64,000 nt of DNA from Tubulanus polymorphus. Taxonomy: Eukaryota > Animalia > Nemertea. The notes beneath the pieces are model-generated. The model was not told where the DNA came from. It saw only the letters and a list, made by a program, of their open reading frames with translations, and made no database searches. Shown here in pieces: positions 23,759 to 38,158 of the stretch. Each line of letters starts with the position of its first letter. Position 1 is the first letter of the stretch. The stretch is from contig NC_134028.1 in the NCBI RefSeq assembly GCF_964204645.1, positions 8,928,001 through 8,992,000 on the forward strand. The letters are read 5' to 3'. A program made the position numbers and the translations under genes.

Positions 23759-25084
23759 ATGGAATAAATTTTCCGCCTAAAAAATTGTACGATTGACACG
23801 TTTGACACCGATGCCACCAAGAACCATGAAGCCACTAGTGGTTGGGCAACCCAAGACCCTGCGGAGAAAGTTTTGGCAGATGCGATGCGCCAGGTTGCCC
23901 AGTCCGGAGATCAAACCCGAAACATTTGTTAGGCCAGTATACACTTCAATTGGTAAGTTTAAGGGTATGAAATTTCAGTGGATACTCTCTAATGCTCTTG
24001 GCTTTGCAGTAAACCTCTACGTCATGGATGAATGTGAGAAGCAAAAACCACATCCCAAGAAAGACCACAAGACCCATGCTGACAACAAGAAAGCCCTCTT
24101 CAAATACATGAGGCTGTTTCCCGAAGCCAAGGAATGGATTGAGAGGAGGAGAGCTTTCCATCAAGAGCGTGTGAAACCTACGATTTCAAGACAAGTTTTC
24201 AATATACAGTCAGATTGATTGATATCAGGGTTGTTTTGTGCTTGTACTATTTATGAAAATTTCTTATCTTCACAGAAGCTTGTTAGACTCAACCAGCCGG
24301 GAGCCAACCAACTGTGACCACTAGGAGTCGGCCAACTGCTACAACCAGGAATCAACCAAGTTCAGCGACTACAACTGAGAACGTCTCGATGCCATCTGAT
24401 GATGATGATGATCTACTGACAAGTGTCATCACTCTTGAAGTGCAGTTATCTGGTGATATATCTTAATTCTACTGATATTTCTATTGTAGATTCAATTTAT
24501 ACATCATGATGACAATCAAATGAATTCTGGGCACATACCTTTCAAATTGTACTTCCTCAACACATCAATTTGGCTCACTTTTCTCAGTGTCACGGATCTA
24601 GTCGCACATGCCAACTATGCAACTCTACGTAATCTCATTTTTCCAGTGAGTCACTCTTATTCCTCATTTATAGCTATTTAGATGGTTACATTACGGTTTT
24701 CTATCATTCTGTTTTTTGTTTTATTTTTTCAGTGAAATTGAACCGGACTTTATGGTGATTTAAAATTCTTATTCTATAAACCTCAATCAGGAATGAGATA
24801 GTAAATTCATATTCTATTTTTCTCTATCTAGCCTTTCAGACAACACGGACTACAGCAACAACGTCTACGACTACTACAACACCGACTACGACAACTACAA
24901 CACAGACTAAATCAACTGCGATCGATAACGACCACCGCTTGCTTTTACCAGAATGGCGCAAAGCTCTGTCCGAATATGAACAGAACTGGATCACCAAAAC
25001 CCTCTTCATGAAGACCAAGAGTGGGAAGCTGGAGATGGATTTTAGCCGCGTCAATCAGCTTTGGTGGAATCCTCCACAGCCATT
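23759..25084 (+). pseudogene. 5' part of DUF6729-type gene, truncated by the triplication junction (copy 1)
   Basis: GKFKGMKFQWILSNALGF..NKKALFKYMRLFP and LLPEWRKAL..QLWWNPPQP. Matches the start of the longer gene at 38999. Confidence 0.7.
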
Positions 25085-26769
25085 CGGTAGTGGTTACATT
25101 TTGCCACCAAACAGGGTCTTTATTAAATGCTTTAACAAATTCAAGAAAATTAAGAAGTATTCATCGGGTTATACAAGTTGTTGCCTCTGGCTTCTTGTGG
25201 TGGAAAAGTGTACAGGGAAAATTAGTTGCATGAATAAGACAATAAATTTTCAGTAGATTATTGTTTGTGTTTGTGAACTGTGAAAATTATAAACTTTCGA
25301 GAAACAAACAGGCCAGAACCCCAACCGGAACTGAAGTCGACGAAAACTCCCGTGTGTCTGTCAGCAGAATTGTGTCGTCAGCATACATTAAAATCATTAT
25401 GAGAGAAATCCCACAATAACAAAGCCAAGATTGAAAAATTCTACATCAGAATGATTGTATTTGAGATGCGACGTTTCAGCCATCATCAGGCGTACTGAGA
25501 ACAAAATCAAATAACAGGATATTCATACAAAAATATGAATAATCTTATTTGTTAGCCAAAACATCGCTCCTCAAATACAATCATTCTGATATAGAATTTT
25601 TCAATCTTGGCTTTGTTATTGTGGGATTTCTCTCATAATGATTTTAATGTATGCTGACGACACAATTCTGCTGACAGACACACGGGAGGTTAAAAATCAA
25701 CGTGGAGAAATCCAAAGTTGCAATTTTCTGGAAGTCCGAACGGTTAACAAAACCAATTTTTTATTCAAATGGAGAAACAATCGAATGTGTCACGGGTTAT
25801 TGTATCTTGGGTACAGTATTATCATCAAATGGATTCTAAGAGAAGAAAAGAGAAGACTTGAACAAGTCTTAAGGCTATGTACTGCTACAAAAAGGGTAAA
25901 CTATTTGACCTATCCTTCCACTTTTTGAGTCAACTATTTGATACAATGATTCTTCTAAAAGCATTGTATGGTGCAGAAATCTGGGCTCATGAATCCATCT
26001 CTATTTTGGAAAGGCTGCAACTTGATTCCAACAAGTTCTGTTGGGATTCAATAAATATGTTCCCTTAGATCATCATCAGCATCCTAAAGTGGACTTTTAT
26101 ATTTCACAGGTTTTTAATTTCATTGAGCATCCTGTAGTTGTGTCCCCTATTTCTATTTTTAAGATCAGCATTTTATACATTTAGTAATAGCAATTTATCT
26201 TTAAGCATCAATGCTTCACGTCATATACATACGCCAGTACATAAGTTTTCACCATTGACTTTTAATTAATTGGGAGTGCATTTCAGCTGACATGAGTAGA
26301 CTTTGCTTTGTGGTTTTATTGTCTTCTCTGAAGTCGAATGGTCAATTCTACTACAGGGGTAACATTGAGCTGTTAGCCATAGTTATTTCCGCCATTTGGG
26401 CGAGTTTGTGTCGGGGAACAGAGGTAGTCTCCCCTCCCTCATGGCCGATTGGAGTATTTCCGATATAGATATTGCTGCCTCCATTTTAATTGGTATCGGT
26501 GGTGCCACAATAGATAAATTTCATGACATGGGTATTACTTCATCCATAAAGATACATATGCCGCATATTGTCATTTTACAGGTTGGGGGGAATTTGGATA
26601 ACCGATTTTTAACTCCGGCATTCATTGGTATGAAAATTTTTCAATATGCCACCCATGTCACCAAAGTTACAGGTGCTATTGTGTATATTTGTGACCCCAT
26701 AAGGAGGTTAAAATGGCGAAATATCATCAAAATTGAGAAGAGGGTTCACCAGGCAGGGGAATTCTTAAC

Positions 26770-27757
26770 AGACATTGAACGCTTGGTATTGCGCTACAAA
26801 CTATGTCTTGAAAAGAGAAACGCACATCGCAAGGAACCATTAATTCCTCACGAAATGCCTGATCGTCCATGGGCTGAGGTGGCATGCGATTTATTTCATT
26901 TCAGACAACGGGATTATCTCATCTGCGTTGACTTCTACTCCAGAAGTTGCATTACTGCCAGATGAACAGAGTAAATCAACGACTAACGCATTGAAGTCAA
27001 TCTATGCTCGTCATGGAATACCAGACATTACCTGAAGTGATAATGGACCGCAGTTTACTAGTAGAGACTTTCAGAACTTTGCCAGAGACTGGGGCTTTGT
27101 TCATGATACTAGCAGTCCAACATTTCCACAATCAAATGGACAAGCTGAGCGTTTTGTACAAACAGTTGAAAACATGTTAACAAAAGCTGAGGAGTCTGGT
27201 GGAGACATCTACCTCGCTCTTATGGCATACAGAGATACACCTCTTGAGGGTGTGGGTAAAAGCCCATCGGAGTTATTGATGGGTAGACGTCTGAAAACCA
27301 GACTGCCAGTTGCCAAAGTTATCCTAAAACCATCCAATTCTAATAGCGATCGCTTGCGTCTTCAGTCAAGGCAACAGTTGAACAAGAAATATTATGATAG
27401 AGCAGCTAAATCACTGCCTACACTGAGGCCAGGTGAAATAGTGAGGTACAAAAAGTCTACCAAAGACACTTGGCAACTGGCAGGAGTAATAGCAGTTGCT
27501 GATAATTATGAAAGATCATATTTTATTGATGTTAATGGTAAACAATTGCATCATAATCGTAGACACTTACTCTGCCTATACTGCCGGTATTAGTTCAAGG
27601 ACTACCAGAAGTTGAACCTCCTCAACCGCCAGAATCTCCTGTAGTTTGCCTCCCTGACCCTTCTGAAACTCCTCAGGTTGTTAAGGATTCTAATGTTTCC
27701 ACAAGGTCCGGTCTATTTGTGAAAAAACCAAGTTACTTGGGGGATTATGTTACTTAA
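26770..27757 (+). pseudogene. Ty3/Gypsy integrase fragment, copy 2
   Basis: Same as 19150-20137 (+7620). Confidence 0.9.
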
Positions 27758-30095
27758 TAACTGATAGTTTATTTACATCGCAAATCATTATGATAATGAC
27801 TTACATTAACTACAGTATCGATTTGCATTATTACATATTGATCTACTCATTTTGTGCATGTTAGAAATTCTGTGCAGGTTGGAAATTTTGTGCATGTTAG
27901 ACGTTTTGAGCATGTTAGAGATTTGTGCATGTTAGATTAGAAACTTGTCCATGTTATATTAGAACACAAATGGTTTTCTGTCTTATTGAGCCGTGTGGTC
28001 TCTGGAGGAGTTACTGGATCAGGATACAATAATCCCAAAAAAGGCTAGGACCTCAACATGACTGTCTCACGACCAGGCTTGCTCAATTTGATAAGAATCT
28101 TGGTCAGTGTCATGATCAGCCTCCAACAGGAATCTGAAGAGGTGGATAACCAAGTCTGAGGGATTGTTCATCCCATTGTCTGGAGGTTTTATGGCGTATT
28201 GCATTTCACGTGCAACATTTTACTCCAATTTTCAATACTATCAAAATGCATTTAGAAGTCATCGCTAAGTTACCAGATGAAGACAATACCAAAACCATCC
28301 TAGAGGCTTGCTAAATGGCAACAGGAGAAAACTTCAAAAAATTTATCAATGGCTCTGCGTGCAAAGAGTTAAGAGACAGGAACTTAGTCGACCTGAAAGC
28401 AATAGATGGTGACATGAAAGATCTGCATGATAATTGCATTGATATTATTATTCAGAGCTTGAAGTATTAGTTTCCAGATGGGAGAATTGTCTTCAGTTAA
28501 TGCACTTAACCCATAACAGATCGGGGGGCTGGGGTAAAGGATTTCAATTAATGGCTGCATTCATGAACCAGACAGCGATGGATCCAGCTTTGTCTGGCTT
28601 TTTAGCTCATTCAGATATGTAAGAATGGTCCAGGGTCTGAAAAATGCACCAGAAAAATATCAGAGGCCAACAGAGTTGTGCCTTGCGGCATGCTTTAGCT
28701 CCTCTTGATGATTTGATCGTTTACTATCATACTGTCGCTGAACATTTAGAAAACACCTCCAGAACGTCAGAACAAAAATAACAACTGTTTTTTGAATTTA
28801 CATGTGGGTGAAACAAATCCAGACTGAAAAACCAACCAACGCCTATCTACTTGTATTTGTGAATACTGTTTAAAACATAGCTTAGATAAGTGTCAGTCTT
28901 TTAAAAGATTGGTTGCATATATCTTCTTACATATACCTTCCACCAGCCATACTGAAAATCTTTGAAACAATTTCATTCTCTCATGGATATAATACACGTA
29001 ACAAAAATAACTCGACATTTAACTGGCTTGTTTCATAAATCCTTCCTTGGAAAAAACTCTGATTAAAAACCGGTAGAACTGACTTGTGTTTGCAGGCAGC
29101 AGAAACCGTTTCAGCATCATATTTTGGGGAAATTGCTACCAAAAAATAAACACTTCGGCTGATGCCCGAGACTCGCCGCGCATCTCTGGGAGGTCAGGAG
29201 AGCCTGTTCGTGGAAGCAGCACCAACAAAGCCTCATTAACAATTGGGGAGGTGCCAGCATACAAATGAATGCCCCCACTGTGTCTCCTTGATAGACCTAT
29301 AAAAATGGAAAACTGCGAATCTCGATGATTGCCAAGTTAGATGAATGGGTGCTTAGTTATTCGGGGAAGCATATGAGGTGATCATACTTCACTGCGGAAC
29401 AAAGAACTCAAGAGAGCGCAACTACCTGGAACAAATGCCACGAAATGCATTCAGTTAAGTGGATATATATTGCAATTAAAATGATCCAGCACTACATGGT
29501 GAAGCACTACATGGTCTCATACTTAGTTGGGATTAGGATTTCAATATTTAAGTGTAGGATCTTAACAAGTGTGCCAAAAGTTTTATACGTGACTCACCAG
29601 TGTTCAGCAAAACTATTCAGAGACAGCATACACTGTGGAAGGCTCCGCAATTATTACCTTGAACACAATTGACTTTTCTATTCTGATGTTGCTCAGGACA
29701 CTTGTGAAATAATTATCTTAAGCCACGACGAAAATCTCCGAGAAATCACCAAGTGTGCGGTCACTGGCAACCATTGTCAGGATCGGCAGCAAATCGCGTA
29801 GTGTGCAGCTACTAGCGACGAATCAGCGCCAAGGTAGAAATCATGTGCATTCACAAAATGGCAGCCCCGACAGACGAACAAGAATCGGCATGGGATATAC
29901 CGAAAGAGGACAAATTGGTGGAAATGTGGTCGGAAAGCCATGTTTGTTCGACGTGTCCTGTGATTCTTATAGGGACCATGTAAAAAAAGCTAAGGCGTAA
30001 CACGACATAGCTTTCGCGCTGGATATGACCAGTATTTATTCCACTTTTCCGCTATCAAGTTAAATTCAAATTCACTTCATTCAGCCAATTTCTTG

Positions 30096-30538
30096 AAGGA
30101 AGTGGTTATTTAGCCGGATCCGGTTACTGACGTTTATAAGATATTTTGCCCGATCCATATATTATGCAACAATAAAATCATTCTATTGGGTTTCGATAGG
30201 GTTACTAGTGTCAAGAGGGTGAGAAGAGGGTCCAGAGGGTTCCGTTTCACAACTAAGGAAGGGGTTAGGGTAAGGTGTGGCTATATGTAGTTAAAACATT
30301 CAGGTGGTTTTAAGCGAGCTCGGTGGTCTAGTGGTATGATGCTGCACTAGTAATTTACTGGCCTGGGTTCGAGTCTCGCTCTATCCGCTCTATTTTCTCT
30401 ATGTTCTCCACACTTCCTTCGAATTTTCTAAGTCGTACACCTCTCTGCGCGCGGGGTCAATTAGCCAATTAGAGACAATATCCGGCAAAATATCGTTCAG
30501 AAGTCGGTGACCGGATCTGGCAAAATAACCACTTCCTT
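30096..30538. mobile_element. tRNA-cassette TIR element, copy 2
   Basis: Same as 22476-22918 (+7620). Confidence 0.75.
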
Positions 30539-31378
30539 TTTTGAAACGATATAAAACAGTTTTACGATTTTTGATATTTTTCAGTTGAACAGGTTCAAAA
30601 ACACTTGATGAGCCTACAAACCCAGTACACCAAGGACAAGAATCCGGCAGCAAGTGGCAGTAGTGCCACTAAAAAGTCAAGGAAAGCTGCATGGCTTTTG
30701 GAGAAACTCCAATTTCTCCAACCACACATTGGAATGCGAACTACAATTTCCAATTTGGAGGTTAGTATGAAGTACTAAGATAAAGAAATAAGTTCACTCA
30801 ATCTCATGGGATTTTATTTGATTTTATCTTCAAAGAATATTATAATATGTATGTAACAATAATCATCTCTTACAAAATATTGCACTATATTGAATATTGA
30901 ACTATATTTATTCTTTATTTTTCATACAGTGACTGATACAGGATCTATAACATTGATTGATCTATTTTTCTATAATTGCGTCCAGCCAAGAAACCGATCC
31001 TGCATCTGATAGGAAATAACTTTTCAGGGCTTCCCACTGTTGTTTTGCTGATACTGACAAATTTCTATTATGGTTTGGTTGTTAACCGACTAAACCATCA
31101 GAATTTCTACAACTTCCAAGAATAACATTGTGATTATCATCCTCGGTGTCAATTAAACTTCCACTTGCGCTCACAAAGACTTGGTTATCGAAACATAGGC
31201 CAATGTGGTTATCAATTCAAATGTTTTGATTTCCAATGACGATAAAGCCCTAGCTTGCTAATTTCTCAACTACCTAGTTGATGTAATTACTTTCATATGT
31301 AAGATGTAAATTAAAATTATGTGAAACTGGACCCTTACAATTAGTTCGATGTTTAATTGATGTTTCTCTTGTTCTAGC

Positions 31379-32704
31379 ATGGAATAAATTTTCCGCCTAA
31401 AAAATTGTACGATTGACACGTTTGACACCGATGCCACCAAGAACCATGAAGCCACTAGTGGTTGGGCAACCCAAGACCCTGCGGAGAAAGTTTTGGCAGA
31501 TGCGATGCGCCAGGTTGCCCAGTCCGGAGATCAAACCCGAAACATTTGTTAGGCCAGTATACACTTCAATTGGTAAGTTTAAGGGTATGAAATTTCAGTG
31601 GATACTCTCTAATGCTCTTGGCTTTGCAGTAAACCTCTACGTCATGGATGAATGTGAGAAGCAAAAACCACATCCCAAGAAAGACCACAAGACCCATGCT
31701 GACAACAAGAAAGCCCTCTTCAAATACATGAGGCTGTTTCCCGAAGCCAAGGAATGGATTGAGAGGAGGAGAGCTTTCCATCAAGAGCGTGTGAAACCTA
31801 CGATTTCAAGACAAGTTTTCAATATACAGTCAGATTGATTGATATCAGGGTTGTTTTGTGCTTGTACTATTTATGAAAATTTCTTATCTTCACAGAAGCT
31901 TGTTAGACTCAACCAGCCGGGAGCCAACCAACTGTGACCACTAGGAGTCGGCCAACTGCTACAACCAGGAATCAACCAAGTTCAGCGACTACAACTGAGA
32001 ACGTCTCGATGCCATCTGATGATGATGATGATCTACTGACAAGTGTCATCACTCTTGAAGTGCAGTTATCTGGTGATATATCTTAATTCTACTGATATTT
32101 CTATTGTAGATTCAATTTATACATCATGATGACAATCAAATGAATTCTGGGCACATACCTTTCAAATTGTACTTCCTCAACACATCAATTTGGCTCACTT
32201 TTCTCAGTGTCACGGATCTAGTCGCACATGCCAACTATGCAACTCTACGTAATCTCATTTTTCCAGTGAGTCACTCTTATTCCTCATTTATAGCTATTTA
32301 GATGGTTACATTACGGTTTTCTATCATTCTGTTTTTTGTTTTATTTTTTCAGTGAAATTGAACCGGACTTTATGGTGATTTAAAATTCTTATTCTATAAA
32401 CCTCAATCAGGAATGAGATAGTAAATTCATATTCTATTTTTCTCTATCTAGCCTTTCAGACAACACGGACTACAGCAACAACGTCTACGACTACTACAAC
32501 ACCGACTACGACAACTACAACACAGACTAAATCAACTGCGATCGATAACGACCACCGCTTGCTTTTACCAGAATGGCGCAAAGCTCTGTCCGAATATGAA
32601 CAGAACTGGATCACCAAAACCCTCTTCATGAAGACCAAGAGTGGGAAGCTGGAGATGGATTTTAGCCGCGTCAATCAGCTTTGGTGGAATCCTCCACAGC
32701 CATT
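31379..32704 (+). pseudogene. 5' part of DUF6729-type gene (copy 2, truncated)
   Basis: Same as 23759-25084 (+7620). Confidence 0.7.
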
Positions 32705-34389
32705 CGGTAGTGGTTACATTTTGCCACCAAACAGGGTCTTTATTAAATGCTTTAACAAATTCAAGAAAATTAAGAAGTATTCATCGGGTTATACAAGTTG
32801 TTGCCTCTGGCTTCTTGTGGTGGAAAAGTGTACAGGGAAAATTAGTTGCATGAATAAGACAATAAATTTTCAGTAGATTATTGTTTGTGTTTGTGAACTG
32901 TGAAAATTATAAACTTTCGAGAAACAAACAGGCCAGAACCCCAACCGGAACTGAAGTCGACGAAAACTCCCGTGTGTCTGTCAGCAGAATTGTGTCGTCA
33001 GCATACATTAAAATCATTATGAGAGAAATCCCACAATAACAAAGCCAAGATTGAAAAATTCTACATCAGAATGATTGTATTTGAGATGCGACGTTTCAGC
33101 CATCATCAGGCGTACTGAGAACAAAATCAAATAACAGGATATTCATACAAAAATATGAATAATCTTATTTGTTAGCCAAAACATCGCTCCTCAAATACAA
33201 TCATTCTGATATAGAATTTTTCAATCTTGGCTTTGTTATTGTGGGATTTCTCTCATAATGATTTTAATGTATGCTGACGACACAATTCTGCTGACAGACA
33301 CACGGGAGGTTAAAAATCAACGTGGAGAAATCCAAAGTTGCAATTTTCTGGAAGTCCGAACGGTTAACAAAACCAATTTTTTATTCAAATGGAGAAACAA
33401 TCGAATGTGTCACGGGTTATTGTATCTTGGGTACAGTATTATCATCAAATGGATTCTAAGAGAAGAAAAGAGAAGACTTGAACAAGTCTTAAGGCTATGT
33501 ACTGCTACAAAAAGGGTAAACTATTTGACCTATCCTTCCACTTTTTGAGTCAACTATTTGATACAATGATTCTTCTAAAAGCATTGTATGGTGCAGAAAT
33601 CTGGGCTCATGAATCCATCTCTATTTTGGAAAGGCTGCAACTTGATTCCAACAAGTTCTGTTGGGATTCAATAAATATGTTCCCTTAGATCATCATCAGC
33701 ATCCTAAAGTGGACTTTTATATTTCACAGGTTTTTAATTTCATTGAGCATCCTGTAGTTGTGTCCCCTATTTCTATTTTTAAGATCAGCATTTTATACAT
33801 TTAGTAATAGCAATTTATCTTTAAGCATCAATGCTTCACGTCATATACATACGCCAGTACATAAGTTTTCACCATTGACTTTTAATTAATTGGGAGTGCA
33901 TTTCAGCTGACATGAGTAGACTTTGCTTTGTGGTTTTATTGTCTTCTCTGAAGTCGAATGGTCAATTCTACTACAGGGGTAACATTGAGCTGTTAGCCAT
34001 AGTTATTTCCGCCATTTGGGCGAGTTTGTGTCGGGGAACAGAGGTAGTCTCCCCTACCTCATGGCCGATTGGAGTATTTCCGATATAGATATTGCTGCCT
34101 CCATTTTAATTGGTATCGGTGGTGCCACAATAGATAAATTTCATGACATGGGTATTACTTCATCCATAAAGATACATATGCCGCATATTGTCATTTTACA
34201 GGTTGGGGGGAATTTGGATAACCGATTTTTAACTCCGGCATTCATTGGTATGAAAATTTTTCAATATGCCACCCATGTCACCAAAGTTACAGGTGCTATT
34301 GTGTATATTTGTGACCCCATAAGGAGGTTAAAATGGCGAAATATCATCAAAATTGAGAAGAGGGTTCACCAGGCAGGGGAATTCTTAAC

Positions 34390-35377
34390 AGACATTGAAC
34401 GCTTGGTATTGCGCTACAAACTATGTCTTGAAAAGAGAAACGCACATCGCAAGGAACCATTAATTCCTCACGAAATGCCTGATCGTCCATGGGCTGAGGT
34501 GGCATGCGATTTATTTCATTTCAGACAACGGGATTATCTCATCTGCGTTGACTTCTACTCCAGAAGTTGCATTACTGCCAGATGAACAGAGTAAATCAAC
34601 GACTAACGCATTGAAGTCAATCTATGCTCGTCATGGAATACCAGACATTACCTGAAGTGATAATGGACCGCAGTTTACTAGTAGAGACTTTCAGAACTTT
34701 GCCAGAGACTGGGGCTTTGTTCATGATACTAGCAGTCCAACATTTCCACAATCAAATGGACAAGCTGAGCGTTTTGTACAAACAGTTGAAAACATGTTAA
34801 CAAAAGCTGAGGAGTCTGGTGGAGACATCTACCTCGCTCTTATGGCATACAGAGATACACCTCTTGAGGGTGTGGGTAAAAGCCCATCGGAGTTATTGAT
34901 GGGTAGACGTCTGAAAACCAGACTGCCAGTTGCCAAAGTTATCCTAAAACCATCCAATTCTAATAGCGATCGCTTGCGTCTTCAGTCAAGGCAACAGTTG
35001 AACAAGAAATATTATGATAGAGCAGCTAAATCACTGCCTACACTGAGGCCAGGTGAAATAGTGAGGTACAAAAAGTCTACCAAAGACACTTGGCAACTGG
35101 CAGGAGTAATAGCAGTTGCTGATAATTATGAAAGATCATATTTTATTGATGTTAATGGTAAACAATTGCATCATAATCGTAGACACTTACTCTGCCTATA
35201 CTGCCGGTATTAGTTCAAGGACTACCAGAAGTTGAACCTCCTCAACCGCCAGAATCTCCTGTAGTTTGCCTCCCTGACCCTTCTGAAACTCCTCAGGTTG
35301 TTAAGGATTCTAATGTTTCCACAAGGTCCGGTCTATTTGTGAAAAAACCAAGTTACTTGGGGGATTATGTTACTTAA
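34390..35377 (+). pseudogene. Ty3/Gypsy integrase fragment, copy 3
   Basis: Same as 19150-20137 (+15240). Confidence 0.9.
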
Positions 35378-37715
35378 TAACTGATAGTTTATTTACATCG
35401 CAAATCATTATGATAATGACTTACATTAACTACAGTATCGATTTGCATTATTACATATTGATCTACTCATTTTGTGCATGTTAGAAATTCTGTGCAGGTT
35501 GGAAATTTTGTGCATGTTAGACGTTTTGAGCATGTTAGAGATTTGTGCATGTTAGATTAGAAACTTGTCCATGTTATATTAGAACACAAATGGTTTTCTG
35601 TCTTATTGAGCCGTGTGGTCTCTGGAGGAGTTACTGGATCAGGATACAATAATCCCAAAAAAGGCTAGGACCTCAACATGACTGTCTCACGACCAGGCTT
35701 GCTCAATTTGATAAGAATCTTGGTCAGTGTCATGATCAGCCTCCAACAGGAATCTGAAGAGGTGGATAACCAAGTCTGAGGGATTGTTCATCCCATTGTC
35801 TGGAGGTTTTATGGCGTATTGCATTTCACGTGCAACATTTTACTCCAATTTTCAATACTATCAAAATGCATTTAGAAGTCATCGCTAAGTTACCAGATGA
35901 AGACAATACCAAAACCATCCTAGAGGCTTGCTAAATGGCAACAGGAGAAAACTTCAAAAAATTTATCAATGGCTCTGCGTGCAAAGAGTTAAGAGACAGG
36001 AACTTAGTCGACCTGAAAGCAATAGATGGTGACATGAAAGATCTGCATGATAATTGCATTGATATTATTATTCAGAGCTTGAAGTATTAGTTTCCAGATG
36101 GGAGAATTGTCTTCAGTTAATGCACTTAACCCATAACAGATCGGGGGGCTGGGGTAAAGGATTTCAATTAATGGCTGCATTCATGAACCAGACAGCGATG
36201 GATCCAGCTTTGTCTGGCTTTTTAGCTCATTCAGATATGTAAGAATGGTCCAGGGTCTGAAAAATGCACCAGAAAAATATCAGAGGCCAACAGAGTTGTG
36301 CCTTGCGGCATGCTTTAGCTCCTCTTGATGATTTGATCGTTTACTATCATACTGTCGCTGAACATTTAGAAAACACCTCCAGAACGTCAGAACAAAAATA
36401 ACAACTGTTTTTTGAATTTACATGTGGGTGAAACAAATCCAGACTGAAAAACCAACCAACGCCTATCTACTTGTATTTGTGAATACTGTTTAAAACATAG
36501 CTTAGATAAGTGTCAGTCTTTTAAAAGATTGGTTGCATATATCTTCTTACATATACCTTCCACCAGCCATACTGAAAATCTTTGAAACAATTTCATTCTC
36601 TCATGGATATAATACACGTAACAAAAATAACTCGACATTTAACTGGCTTGTTTCATAAATCCTTCCTTGGAAAAAACTCTGATTAAAAACCGGTAGAACT
36701 GACTTGTGTTTGCAGGCAGCAGAAACCGTTTCAGCATCATATTTTGGGGAAATTGCTACCAAAAAATAAACACTTCGGCTGATGCCCGAGACTCGCCGCG
36801 CATCTCTGGGAGGTCAGGAGAGCCTGTTCGTGGAAGCAGCACCAACAAAGCCTCATTAACAATTGGGGAGGTGCCAGCATACAAATGAATGCCCCCACTG
36901 TGTCTCCTTGATAGACCTATAAAAATGGAAAACTGCGAATCTCGATGATTGCCAAGTTAGATGAATGGGTGCTTAGTTATTCGGGGAAGCATATGAGGTG
37001 ATCATACTTCACTGCGGAACAAAGAACTCAAGAGAGCGCAACTACCTGGAACAAATGCCACGAAATGCATTCAGTTAAGTGGATATATATTGCAATTAAA
37101 ATGATCCAGCACCACATGGTGAAGCACTACATGGTCTCATACTTAGTTGGGATTAGGATTTCAATATTTAAGTGTAGGATCTTAACAAGTGTGCCAAAAG
37201 TTTTATACGTGACTCACCAGTGTTCAGCAAAACTATTCAGAGACAGCATACACTGTGGAAGGCTCCGCAATTATTACCTTGAACACAATTGACTTTTCTA
37301 TTCTGATGTTGCTCAGGACACTTGTGAAATAATTATCTTAAGCCACGACGAAAATCTCCGAGAAATCACCAAGTGTGCGGTCACTGGCAACCATTGTCAG
37401 GATCGGCAGCAAATCGCGTAGTGTGCAGCTACTAGCGACGAATCAGCGCCAAGGTAGAAATCATGTGCATTCACAAAATGGCAGCCCCGACAGACGAACA
37501 AGAATCGGCATGGGATATACCGAAAGAGGACAAATTGGTGGAAATGTGGTCGGAAAGCCATGTTTGTTCGACGTGTCCTGTGATTCTTATAGGGACCATG
37601 TAAAAAAAGCTAAGGCGTAACACGACATAGCTTTCGCGCTGGATATGACCAGTATTTATTCCACTTTTCCGCTATCAAGTTAAATTCAAATTCACTTCAT
37701 TCAGCCAATTTCTTG

Positions 37716-38158
37716 AAGGAAGTGGTTATTTAGCCGGATCCGGTTACTGACGTTTATAAGATATTTTGCCCGATCCATATATTATGCAACAATAAAATCA
37801 TTCTATTGGGTTTCGATAGGGTTACTAGTGTCAAGAGGGTGAGAAGAGGGTCCAGAGGGTTCCGTTTCACAACTAAGGAAGGGGTTAGGGTAAGGTGTGG
37901 CTATATGTAGTTAAAACATTCAGGTGGTTTTAAGCGAGCTCGGTGGTCTAGTGGTATGATGCTGCACTAGTAATTTACTGGCCTGGGTTCGAGTCTCGCT
38001 CTATCCGCTCTATTTTCTCTATGTTCTCCACACTTCCTTCGAATTTTCTAAGTCGTACACCTCTCTGCGCGCGGGGTCAATTAGCCAATTAGAGACAATA
38101 TCCGGCAAAATATCGTTCAGAAGTCGGTGACCGGATCTGGCAAAATAACCACTTCCTT
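37716..38158. mobile_element. tRNA-cassette TIR element, copy 3
   Basis: Same as 22476-22918 (+15240). Confidence 0.75.

Noticed and set aside
24836-25054. Val-rich minus-strand ORF as a membrane protein (also 32456-32674 and 40076-40294)
   Set aside because: It is the antisense of a Thr-rich ACN low-complexity stretch in the DUF6729-type exon.
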